Shown here one piece after another: positions 21,301 to 29,228 of a DNA stretch of 64,000 nt (the stretch's first letter is position 1; the number at the start of each line of letters is the position of its first letter). The notes below the pieces were generated by a model. That model did not search any database, was not told the origin of the DNA, and was given only the letters and a program-made list of their open reading frames with translations. This stretch comes from Spirochaetota bacterium (GTDB lineage: Bacteria > Spirochaetota > UBA12135 > COTS27 > CBDBHE01): contig CBDBHE010000007.1 in NCBI GenBank assembly GCA_965205605.1, positions 32,001 to 96,000 on the forward strand, read 5' to 3'. The position numbers and the translations under genes are program-made.

Positions 21301-21302
21301 AA
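15327..21302 (-). CDS. Giant exported protein: FlgD-type Ig-like repeats plus C-terminal OmpA peptidoglycan-binding domain
   Basis: N-terminal signal; repeated SPNGDG/SLNGDN and WDGK..G.Y motifs; OmpA motifs GHTDSRGSDEYNQKLSEKR and NRRVEF. Confidence 0.88.
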   Translation of the reverse strand: MMFTFIFKIKKTFFLIFLITLIVCSFSMPRETALYFSPNGDGDRDTILLSHEVLKNPKITNWTIKVLQLNVNKLKIIKTYDSKDYLDQKSVFWDGKQEQTSDKKEIDCSEGLYLYFVEAIDEDGQKITTPFRKVFLDKDPSVNKVTIISDFFSPNGDGEKEELELHLKMSYYGVFDTIKLIFLNEDKNGKIVNEILFKGNDFLKKNHQFSFYWDGKDKSGQLLEEGNYSVFLKGKDLANNKSISKKQFFKIFINPPKVSFENPRYFSKKKGGEKELPLVFNIQRESQRNLDYETLSIVNKKINTVIFSQKRATFKKTFAFKQANQLREGVYVANLKTFYKTGFRVKSQSTFIIDNTLPKIFVEKNRNVFVISEDPTLQDKEGIVFTYKLIDKNLHSLKFRVLKDAPKNKKVVFSEEEWFEGDVIFKAKSVFEKKWHWNGYDQTGTKVKTGNYIYELKVTDKAGNEALVRTKAFRVCKEKAKGNVETKTKYISLNGDNVLDALKLNFSFPKASRQIFKDGKIVFYKKNGTGVKKVVYEEKVKDLLKKERVYSFKNQKLQDGEYGYDSEFWFDGAQVLKFTGSFVIDNTKPKVTLNHDATSFITDKTSLTGNRSINFYQETQDRNVKSINLKIFSSKTNKRQVFLSKNYEITPENKESFQEEWSFNWAGLDNKGESVVGGNYIYELKVTDKAGNEALVRTKAFRVCKEKAKGNVETKTKYISLNGDNVLDALKLNFSFPKASRQIFKDGKIVFYKKNGTGVKKVVYEEKVKDLLKKERVYSFKNQKLQDGEYGYDSEFWFDGAQVLKFTGSFVIDNTKPKVTLNHDATSFITDKTSLTGNRSINFYQETQDRNVKSINLKIFSSKTNKRQVFLSKNYEITPENKESFQEEWSFNWAGLDNKGESVVGGNYIYELKVTDKAGNEALVRTKAFRVCKEKAKGNVETKTKYISLNGDNVLDALKLNFSFPKASRQIFKDGKIVFYKKNGTGVKKVVYEEKVKDLLKKERVYSFKNQKLQDGEYGYDSEFWFDGAQVLKFTGSFVIDNTKPKVTLNHDATSFITDKTSLTGNRSINFYQETQDRNVKSINLKIFSSKTNKRQVFLSKNYEITPENKESFQEEWSFNWAGLDNKGESVVGGNYIYELKVTDKAGNEALVRTKAFRVCKEKAKGNVETKTKYISLNGDNVLDALKLNFSFPKASRQIFKDGKIVFYKKNGTGVKKVVYEEKVKDLLKKERVYSFKNQKLQDGEYGYDSEFWFDGAQVLKFTGSFVIDNTKPKVTLNHDVTSFITDKTSLTGNRSINFYQETQDRNVKSINLKIFSSKTNKRQVFLSKNYEITPENKESFQEEWSFNWAGLDNKGESVVGGNYIYELKVTDKAGNEALVRTKAFRVFAKKVNVSVSSELVRISPNGDGEKDYFTVSFNLPLETRKRFLRGFLRVFKGDRVIKKYELKNDVEGVNYPDNNKTPFPYSDGTDYKYEYSLFFDGNENLTTSRFFVVDTEPLKLNFSFKNLYFSPNGDGFNEQFELDIAKEDFKKWRKGNAVWIEVKDQKGKTVTLEGMNFDLRKCVWKGKDDNRKDVPEGTYFIRLITKDGGNNVWSSEALKVILIRKNVANLKLFFSEGEGYFNLKAEKNPIKLLSTLDNFKYFEGIDYYFTFRNRRNRKIITNIISYKKPSSIILNKNLEEAFWREDNVYKIWAVAKYKHRINIVSKKIKLIVDSKPPVIFLKASGKFKPSVEVENLNQLTIGVESEDNQSVGKTELLIYQNAPKFNFRKGETNQAKFLKSFDEDPLQVWEWEGSVLTNLLYVAWDDKKKGKNLKTGQEYAIVLKTTDAAGNVKLVSKKIKVGFLVETTQDGKFRIIINTVNFVFDSDKMVGDYQKILTRILDVLVSFKGYNILIVGHTDSRGSDEYNQKLSEKRSKAVYNYFIKSGVEPSTLSFLGKGKKELLVKQEVIRRSRFSSSERKKLTELNYLKNRRVEFFLVNEHKKNTDVQDK
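17143..19955. repeat. Intragenic tandem repeat, 684-bp (228-aa) unit, about 4.1 copies
   Basis: Anchor TGCTTTAGTCC recurs at 17151, 17835, 18519, 19203 and 19887. Translated units are identical except HDAT to HDVT (SNP at 17461). Confidence 0.97.
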
Positions 21303-21472
21303 ATTAAACTAAATTAATAAATAATTTAAGTATCAAAAATATATCATGAGACTCAACTAATAAAAACTGAAAACAATCACTATTTTCTAAAATAAAGATA
21401 TTTTTTATCATCCAGAAGAGATATGCTAAAATAACATTTAAGTAAAAAATTAAATAACTTACAAAATAAAAA

Positions 21473-24055
21473 ATGTTAAATATACTAAAATTTTTTTTTG
21501 GAACTAAACACGAAAGAGATATAAAAAAAATAAAACCTCTTGTAGAAAAAATTAATGCCTTTGAAAAAAAATTAGAACCATTAAGTGACAAAGTTTTAAA
21601 AGAAAAAACCAACTTTTTTAAAAAACGTCTTCAAAAAGGAGAGAAACTAGAGTCCGTTTTGCCAGAAGCCTTTGCTGTCGTAAGAGAAGCTTCTAAAAGA
21701 ACTCTTAAATTACGTCATTTTGATGTCCAAATGATTGGAGGATTTGTTCTTTTTCAAGGAAAAATTGCTGAAATGAAAACAGGGGAAGGAAAAACTCTTG
21801 TTGCTACTTTAACAGCGTATTTAAGAGCCCTTGAAGAAAAAGGGGTCCACGTCGTAACAGTCAATGATCATTTAGCAAAACGAGATGCTAATTGGATGAG
21901 ACCTATTTATGAGTTTTTAGGACTTTCGGTAGGATATATTGTTCATGATCTAGACCCTCAAACAAGAAAAGAAATGTATACCTGTGACATCACATATGGG
22001 ACTAATAATGAGTTTGGTTTTGATTATTTACGAGATAATATGGTCGATGAAATTGGACATAAATCCCAAAGAGAACATTACTTTTGCATTATTGATGAAG
22101 TGGATTCTATTTTAATTGATGAAGCAAGAACTCCTTTGATTATTTCAGGACCTTCTGATTCGTCCGTGGATAAGTATTATCAAATTGACAAGATCATCCC
22201 TCGCCTTAAAGAAGCACAAAAAGACATAAAAGGAAAAGAAGTTGCCAATACAGGTGATTTTATTATTGATATCAAAGACCGAAACCTTATTATTACAGAA
22301 GATGGTGTTAAAACAGTTGAGAAACTACTTAGCATTAAAAATCTTTTTGATGTTAACAATATGGAAATACTCCACCATGTCAATCAAGGCTTAAAATCGC
22401 ATCATCTTTATAAAAAAAACATTGATTATATTGTAGAAAATGGGGAAGTGGTGATTATTGATGAGTTTACAGGCAGAAAAATGGGAGGACGTCGCTTTTC
22501 TGATGGGCTCCATCAAGCCATCGAAGCCAAAGAAAGAGTGCAAATTCTTTCTGAAAATCAAACCCTCGCTTCAATTACCTTTCAAAACTACTTTAGAATG
22601 TATTCGGTTATTTCAGGGATGACAGGGACAGCTGATACAGAAGCTATCGAATTTAAAAAAATATATAATTTAGAAGTTGTTTGCATCCCTACCAATGTTT
22701 CTGTTGCTAGGAAAGATCAAAATGACAAAGTTTATCGAACTGAAAAAGAAAAATTTAATGCCATTTCAAAACTTGTTAGTCAAAAGCATCAAAAAGGAGT
22801 CCCAATATTAATCGGGACTTCTTCAGTAGAAAATTCAGAAGCTTTAAGTCAAATTTTCAAAAAAAATCGCCTCCCTCATGAAGTCCTTAATGCCAAAAAC
22901 CATGAAAGAGAAGCTATCATTACAACTAAAGCAGGAGAAAAACATTCCATTACAATCGCTACAAATATGGCAGGTAGAGGGACTGACATAAAACTAGGCA
23001 AAGGAGTAAAAGAATTGGGCGGCCTTTTAGTCATTGGAAGTGAAAGACACGAATCAAGAAGAATTGACAATCAATTAAGAGGTCGTTCTGGGAGACAAGG
23101 TGATCCTGGAGAATCTATTTTTTACTTATCTCTTGAAGATGACCTCATGAAACGCTTTGGTAGTGAAAAATTGTCTAACATCATGCTTAGACTTGGAATG
23201 GAAGAAGGGCAAGAAATTGAAAACCCAATTATTTCTAGAGCCATTCGGGGGGCTCAAAAAAAAGTAGAGGGCATTAATTTTGAAATAAGAAAGTACCTTT
23301 TAGAATATGATGATGTGATGAATAAACAAAGAGTTTATATTTACAAAGAAAGAAATGAAATCTTAAAAGGAGAGCATTTAATCAAAAAAATAGAAGACTA
23401 TTTTGATGAAAGTTTGACCCATCAATTTTATCTTTTTTCCAACAAAAGTGAAAAAACTTCCGAAAATCTTTTTGAAAAAAGTAAACTTTATTTAGAAGGG
23501 GCTTTATCGATTCAATTTTCTATGGAGTTAAATGCTTTTTTAAAAAATAGTTATTATGAAAATGAAGACATTCTTTTTGAATACATTTTAAAACAATACA
23601 AAGAAAAACAAAAAGAGCATCCAAAGGATTTAATTAATTTTATTGAAAAATATGTTTTACTTCAAATTTTAGACACAAAATGGAAAGACCATTTATTACA
23701 AATGGATCACTTAAAAGAAGGGATCAACTTAAGATCTTACGGAGAAAAAAAACCACTAAATGAATTCAAACAAGAAGGATTTAAAATCTTTAAAGCCATG
23801 TTAAGCGCTATTCATCAAGAGTCAATGGAAAAATTATTTCAAGTTAAAGCCGTCAAAGCACCAACTCAAATGAGCTCAAATTATGATATCCATTCGGAAG
23901 AAAGTAATAAAGAAATCTTTTCTTCAAATGAAACTAGAAAACAAATTGCTAATCAAAAAAAAAATCAAGTCATTAATCCTTCTAAAATAGGCAGAAACGA
24001 ACCTTGCTATTGTCAAAGTGGGAAAAAATACAAATATTGTCATGGAAAAATCTAA
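21473..24055 (+). CDS. secA: Preprotein translocase ATPase SecA
   Basis: MKTGEGKT, DEVDSILIDEARTPLIISG, IATNMAGRGTDI, RRIDNQLRGRSGRQGDPG, SEC-C tail GRNEPCYCQSGKKYKYCHG. Confidence 0.98.
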   Translation: MLNILKFFFGTKHERDIKKIKPLVEKINAFEKKLEPLSDKVLKEKTNFFKKRLQKGEKLESVLPEAFAVVREASKRTLKLRHFDVQMIGGFVLFQGKIAEMKTGEGKTLVATLTAYLRALEEKGVHVVTVNDHLAKRDANWMRPIYEFLGLSVGYIVHDLDPQTRKEMYTCDITYGTNNEFGFDYLRDNMVDEIGHKSQREHYFCIIDEVDSILIDEARTPLIISGPSDSSVDKYYQIDKIIPRLKEAQKDIKGKEVANTGDFIIDIKDRNLIITEDGVKTVEKLLSIKNLFDVNNMEILHHVNQGLKSHHLYKKNIDYIVENGEVVIIDEFTGRKMGGRRFSDGLHQAIEAKERVQILSENQTLASITFQNYFRMYSVISGMTGTADTEAIEFKKIYNLEVVCIPTNVSVARKDQNDKVYRTEKEKFNAISKLVSQKHQKGVPILIGTSSVENSEALSQIFKKNRLPHEVLNAKNHEREAIITTKAGEKHSITIATNMAGRGTDIKLGKGVKELGGLLVIGSERHESRRIDNQLRGRSGRQGDPGESIFYLSLEDDLMKRFGSEKLSNIMLRLGMEEGQEIENPIISRAIRGAQKKVEGINFEIRKYLLEYDDVMNKQRVYIYKERNEILKGEHLIKKIEDYFDESLTHQFYLFSNKSEKTSENLFEKSKLYLEGALSIQFSMELNAFLKNSYYENEDILFEYILKQYKEKQKEHPKDLINFIEKYVLLQILDTKWKDHLLQMDHLKEGINLRSYGEKKPLNEFKQEGFKIFKAMLSAIHQESMEKLFQVKAVKAPTQMSSNYDIHSEESNKEIFSSNETRKQIANQKKNQVINPSKIGRNEPCYCQSGKKYKYCHGKI

Positions 24056-25031
24056 ACTTAATTTTTTAAATCTTTTTTTATTTTTATTTTTAAGTATTTT
24101 TTTTATTAGTAGTTTTACAAACTGCAATCAAGTCCATACTCTAAAAATGGAAAAAATTAATTTTATCGAATTAAAAACAACTTTAACTAATCAAGAGGCT
24201 TTTTCCTTCTTTTTAAAAAAAAAACCCTACTCCACTTACAAAAAAAATCTTGTTTATATTGATAAAGATCAAAATAAAATCTATTATAAAAATCAAAAAA
24301 GCACGCTTATTTATTCTAATAAAACCCAACAACCTATTCAATACATTACTCTTTTTGAAAATAAAATTTTAGGACTTACAACAGACACTACCAATCAAAA
24401 ATGCACTCTCTTTACAATCGAAACAAAGACCAAAAGTGATCTTTTAGTCTTATCCAATAAGATTGATTTTCAAGAACTTGCTATTACGGATGTAAATCAA
24501 TTTTCTTTTGAGAAAATTAGATCAAAAAAATATAAAGACGGGACCATTTGTCTACTTTTTAAAAATTTTTATATTTTAAAAATAAAAAAAAATCAGAAGA
24601 TTCACATTTTCAAGTTACCTAAATTAATCTTAAAAAAAAATCCTAAAGACATCGAAAAATTTATTTATTTTACAAAAAAACAAAATCATCTCTTTTTAAT
24701 CAAGTATCTCTATAAAGGCAATCAATATCAAGGGGTTGAAATTACAACTTACAATTACATGAAAGACAAAGTCATCAATATCAAAAAAATAACGCTTAAA
24801 AAAGAATATTTCTTTGACTTTTATAAAAATCAGTATGCTGTTTTCAACTATTATGACAAAAAAAAATCAACGATTCAATTTAACTATTATAAGGGACCTA
24901 CTTTTAAAAAGCAAGTGAGTAAAATCTTTAAAATCAATAATCGTTATCCTTATAATCTTTCTCATGAAAATGGCAAATTAGAAGGTTTTTTAATTTTGTC
25001 CAATCAAATTCATTTTTATCAATGGAAATAA
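24042..25031 (+). CDS. Hypothetical lipoprotein
   Basis: Hydrophobic N-terminus ending in FTNC; ATG at 24042 overlaps the secA end. Confidence 0.6.
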   Translation: MEKSKLNFLNLFLFLFLSIFFISSFTNCNQVHTLKMEKINFIELKTTLTNQEAFSFFLKKKPYSTYKKNLVYIDKDQNKIYYKNQKSTLIYSNKTQQPIQYITLFENKILGLTTDTTNQKCTLFTIETKTKSDLLVLSNKIDFQELAITDVNQFSFEKIRSKKYKDGTICLLFKNFYILKIKKNQKIHIFKLPKLILKKNPKDIEKFIYFTKKQNHLFLIKYLYKGNQYQGVEITTYNYMKDKVINIKKITLKKEYFFDFYKNQYAVFNYYDKKKSTIQFNYYKGPTFKKQVSKIFKINNRYPYNLSHENGKLEGFLILSNQIHFYQWK

Positions 25032-26530
25032 TTCCTTATTTTTCCTTAAAAGATAGTATCAAAATCGATCAAAAAAGTATAAAAACCTATAAGATTAATC
25101 CCTCCCTTTTAATGGAAAATGCAGGGAATGAAATGGGGCAAATTGTTTTAAAATTTGTCAAAAAATTAAACAAAAAAGAAGTTTGGGTTTTTTGTGGAAA
25201 CGGAAATAATGGAGGGGATGGTTTAGTTTTATCTCGATACTTAATTAAGCATCAAGTAACTGTAAAAGTATTGATTGCAGATGAAAAACAAGTTTTAGAA
25301 AAAAAAAATATTTTAAAAGAAAAACTCTCTCTTTTGAAACTGCATACTAAAAATATTCATTATTTAACAAAAGAAAACCTAAGGAATGCATTACTTATTG
25401 AAAATGAAAAAGAAATCCTTATTGTAGATGCTCTTTTTGGCACAGGGTTAAATCGTTTGGTAGAGGGTCTTTTTAAAAAAATCATTGATTGGGTTAATTT
25501 ATTAAAGAACACTTTTGTTGTTTCTTTAGACATTCCCTCGGGGCTAATCAAAACAGTAGAAAAAGGAAGCTCGATTAAAGCATCTCTTACGATTACGGTA
25601 TCTGCGTATAAAGATATATTTTTTTACCCTTGGTATGCTTCTTATTTAGGAAAAATAAAAGTAATTCCGCTTGATTTTCCTCCCAAGCTTTTACAAGAAA
25701 CTCTAAAAAAAATGAAAAAAGGACTTCATCAATCTATTGCTAAAAGAAGCCCTTATCACCATAAACTAAGTTGTGGAAAAACACTTATTATTGCAGGCAG
25801 TCATCGTTATCAAGGAGCTGGATTTTTATCTACTAAAGGTTGTTTAACGACAGGAGGCTCCTATGTCAATGCCATTGGGCACAAAAATATTAATTCACCT
25901 CCTGAAGTCATAAAAGAGTCTTTTAAAAAAGATTATTTTTCTAAAGAAGATCTTGTTTATAATAAAATTCTTTTTGAAAAATCCGCTCATATTTTAATAG
26001 GGCCTGGATTAGATCGAAGCAAAGAAACTACAAACGCAATAAAAGAAATGTTTTTTTTAATCAAAAAAACACCTAAAAATATTATTATTGATGCCGATGG
26101 GCTTTATCATTTCAAACAAATAATTCATCAAAAAGATTGGGATCAAAAGCATCCCCATCAAATTCTTTTAACCCCTCATTTAGGTGAATTAATCTTTCTT
26201 TTAGAGCTTACTAAAAAAGAACTAAATAAAGATTACTTAAATCACATTGTTACTTTTTGTAAAAAACAAAACGTTTTTTTACTTGCAAAAGAAGTGACTT
26301 CTTTACTTTACATGGAATGTTTTTACTTATACAATAAACCTAATGCATTTCTTGGAAAAGCAGGTAGTGGGGATATTCTTTCAGGGATGATGTTAGGCCC
26401 CTTATCTTATGCCCCTTCTTTTAAAGAAGGCATCCTTACAGGACTTTGTCTTTATTACAAAAAAGCCGATTTTATTAACAAAAATTTAGGAGACAAGACT
26501 CCCATTACAGCACTTTTGGAAAAGCTTTAA
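25022..26530 (+). CDS. nnr: Bifunctional NAD(P)H-hydrate epimerase/dehydratase (YjeF)
   Basis: LMENAG, CGNGNNGGDG, VDALFGTG, DIPSG; C-domain IGPGL, IDADGL, LTPHLGE, GSGDILSG. Confidence 0.92.
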   Translation: MEIIPYFSLKDSIKIDQKSIKTYKINPSLLMENAGNEMGQIVLKFVKKLNKKEVWVFCGNGNNGGDGLVLSRYLIKHQVTVKVLIADEKQVLEKKNILKEKLSLLKLHTKNIHYLTKENLRNALLIENEKEILIVDALFGTGLNRLVEGLFKKIIDWVNLLKNTFVVSLDIPSGLIKTVEKGSSIKASLTITVSAYKDIFFYPWYASYLGKIKVIPLDFPPKLLQETLKKMKKGLHQSIAKRSPYHHKLSCGKTLIIAGSHRYQGAGFLSTKGCLTTGGSYVNAIGHKNINSPPEVIKESFKKDYFSKEDLVYNKILFEKSAHILIGPGLDRSKETTNAIKEMFFLIKKTPKNIIIDADGLYHFKQIIHQKDWDQKHPHQILLTPHLGELIFLLELTKKELNKDYLNHIVTFCKKQNVFLLAKEVTSLLYMECFYLYNKPNAFLGKAGSGDILSGMMLGPLSYAPSFKEGILTGLCLYYKKADFINKNLGDKTPITALLEKL

Positions 26531-26546
26531 CCTCCATTAATTTAAT

Positions 26547-27110
26547 ATGAACTTACCCAATAAAAAAAATCAAAAAAAAACACTTTCAAGTGAAAATGAA
26601 ATGAAACGACTTAAAGCCAAAGGGATTCATTTTCATTACGATAAGAAAATTGACTCTGCTAGTAAGAGCAGCAGAAAAAAAAATTCTCGTTACGCAACCT
26701 CTCATTTTCGTATTAGTGTTTTACTTTCAATCATTGCTTTTACGATGCTTTATGTTTTTTTCTACATAAAGCAAAGGCAAGATAATTTTGTCGCTTTAGG
26801 CAAAGATATTTCAATAGAAACAACTTTTTTTCACCCTAAAGATTTAGAAACTTCTATCATTAAGCTTTCATTTTTCCCTAAAAAAGAAAGTTTCTTAATA
26901 GAAAAAAATACAGATATTAAAATTATTTTTAAAAACCCTTCTTATCAATTTGATGAAAAAACTTTTTTCATAGAAAAAGATCTTCTTATCAAAAAAAACA
27001 ATCCTTTAATCAGCCAGCTTATTATTTCAAGAGGTAATTTTTTTAAATCAACTCATATGATCATTACATCTCAAAAGCTAGAAATTAATAAAAAAATTAC
27101 TCTAAAATAA
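26547..27110 (+). CDS. Hypothetical single-TM protein
   Basis: 187-aa ORF in operon context with one TM segment. Confidence 0.55.
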   Translation: MNLPNKKNQKKTLSSENEMKRLKAKGIHFHYDKKIDSASKSSRKKNSRYATSHFRISVLLSIIAFTMLYVFFYIKQRQDNFVALGKDISIETTFFHPKDLETSIIKLSFFPKKESFLIEKNTDIKIIFKNPSYQFDEKTFFIEKDLLIKKNNPLISQLIISRGNFFKSTHMIITSQKLEINKKITLK

Positions 27111-27140
27111 AAGGGTTTTTTTTTCCAAATAATATTAAAA

Positions 27141-28208
27141 ATGAAAGAAGAATTTTTTATCAGTAAAAAAATCAAACAATTAAAGCCTTATATTCCAGGT
27201 GAACAAACTAAAAACAAAAATATCATTAAACTCAACACCAATGAAAATCCTTACCAACCAAATGGAGAAATAAAATCGGTTTTAAAAAAAATTAAAATCA
27301 AGCAATTAAAATTTTACCCAGATTCAAAATGTGAACAATTAAAAGAAAAAACAGCTTTATTTTTTAAAACACTAAAAAATCAAATTGCTTTTGGAAATGG
27401 CTCCGACGAACTCATTCATGCTATTTTTAGAGGATTTTTTAATCCAAAAGAATCTGTTTTATTCACCCAATACACCTATAGTGCTTATGAAGTTTATGCT
27501 CATATGTATGGGATTGCTATTAAAAAAATCAAAATGAAAGAAGACTTTTTGATTCCTCTACAAGTGCTTAAAAAATTCTCTGCTAAAGTGTTTTTCTTGA
27601 CCAACCCCAGTGCCCCTACAGGGACACTGATTGATTTAAAATCAATTGAAAAAGCAGTATTAGAAAACCCAAAAAAACTTTTCGTCATTGATGAAGCTTA
27701 TCACGATTTTAGTGATAAAAATAAAAGTGCGCTTTGTTTATTGCCTCATCATAACAATTTAATCATTTTAAAAACACTTTCAAAATCTTTTTCACTAGCT
27801 GCAATTCGTCTTGGAATGGCGTTTGCTCATCCAAAAATCATTGAAGCTTTTTATAAAATCTTAGACCCTTACAATATCAACACTTTAACTCAGTTAATTG
27901 CAATAAATGCTTTTCACCACACTTCCCACTACACTAAGAACTTAAACAAAATAAAAAACACAAGAGAAGACTTCAAAAAAAAACTACAACAACTTCATTT
28001 TAAAGTGATCCCTTCTTCTGCTAATTTTCTTTTGGTTACTCACCAAAATATCAACATGGAACATTTATATTTATTTTTAAAAAAAAAAAATATCCTTGTT
28101 CGTTATTTTAAACGTCCTACTTTAGACCAATACTTAAGAATTACAATCGGAAAAAATCGTGATATGAAAAAATTATATAAAACCATTAAACGATATGAAA
28201 AAATTTAA
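27141..28208 (+). CDS. hisC: Histidinol-phosphate aminotransferase
   Basis: PYIPGEQ, KLNTNENPY, GNGSDELI, IDEAY, TLSKSFSLAAIRLG, YLRITIG. Confidence 0.93.
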   Translation: MKEEFFISKKIKQLKPYIPGEQTKNKNIIKLNTNENPYQPNGEIKSVLKKIKIKQLKFYPDSKCEQLKEKTALFFKTLKNQIAFGNGSDELIHAIFRGFFNPKESVLFTQYTYSAYEVYAHMYGIAIKKIKMKEDFLIPLQVLKKFSAKVFFLTNPSAPTGTLIDLKSIEKAVLENPKKLFVIDEAYHDFSDKNKSALCLLPHHNNLIILKTLSKSFSLAAIRLGMAFAHPKIIEAFYKILDPYNINTLTQLIAINAFHHTSHYTKNLNKIKNTREDFKKKLQQLHFKVIPSSANFLLVTHQNINMEHLYLFLKKKNILVRYFKRPTLDQYLRITIGKNRDMKKLYKTIKRYEKI

Positions 28209-29220
28209 ATCAATTTATCATTTTATTTTTCTAATCTTTCTTTTTTTAGACAACCGTTATTTATTAGCTCAAGAAAGCCAAGATAAAAAAATTTTAGAAA
28301 AAATAAAAGAAACTTTTTATTATGGAACTTATCAAGAACAAGCTGATATCTTACAAAATTATTCGAAAAAAAAATACCCCACCAATGACAATCGATACAT
28401 TCAAGCCATTGGAATTTTAATCAAAAACGAAGAAACCAATCCAATAATCAATTTTAGATTAGTAGAAACAATTTCTTCTCTAAAGTTAAAAAATTACTAC
28501 AAACATTTTGAAACTATTTTGAAAAAAGATGATCCTTTAAAAAAAGATCGAGAAACAATTGCTCTTATAGAAAAAACACTAAAAACGATGTGTGATTTGA
28601 CCAATAAAATTTATAGCGACTTCTTTAAAAATTATTTTGATGATCCAAAAAAAAATCGAGAAAATAACAGCCTTATCGCTACTTGCATTTTAGGGCTAGG
28701 GATCACACAAGCGTCTGATTATAGAGAAAAAATAAAAAAACTCTATTTAGAAAGCTCTCAAGAAGCCATTAAAAAAAATATTATAACCAGCATTAGCTTA
28801 TACAAACAAGGAGAAGATATTTCTTTTTTTGAGGAAATTATTAATTCGGAAGAAGAAAAAGAATATTATAAATGGATTGCCATTATTGCTCTTAAAGAAT
28901 ATGCCCCTAATAAAAATGCACAAAAAATTTTAATTGAAAATACAAAATCAAAAAATCCTAAAATAAGCTCTAGAGCGATTTATGCTCTAAGTGATTTTGA
29001 TAAAACATTAATTTACCCTATTTTTGTAGAGGGTAGTAAAAATAATTCTGTTATTGTACGCACAGAAGCAATTAAAGCACTTAGATTCTTTAAAGATGAG
29101 CAAACAAACAAACTTTTAAAGTATAAATACAAATATGATCCTGAATATCGTGTTAGAGAAGCCGCTAAAACAATCCTAATGGAACGAAAAGTAATTAGTG
29201 ATGAAGCAAAAAAAAAATAA
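28195..29220 (+). CDS. Exported HEAT-repeat protein
   Basis: Signal-like N-terminus; HEAT-like helices (SSRAIYAL, VRTEAIKAL, DPEYRVREAA). Confidence 0.7.
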   Translation: MKKFKSIYHFIFLIFLFLDNRYLLAQESQDKKILEKIKETFYYGTYQEQADILQNYSKKKYPTNDNRYIQAIGILIKNEETNPIINFRLVETISSLKLKNYYKHFETILKKDDPLKKDRETIALIEKTLKTMCDLTNKIYSDFFKNYFDDPKKNRENNSLIATCILGLGITQASDYREKIKKLYLESSQEAIKKNIITSISLYKQGEDISFFEEIINSEEEKEYYKWIAIIALKEYAPNKNAQKILIENTKSKNPKISSRAIYALSDFDKTLIYPIFVEGSKNNSVIVRTEAIKALRFFKDEQTNKLLKYKYKYDPEYRVREAAKTILMERKVISDEAKKK

Positions 29221-29228
29221 CGACTTTA

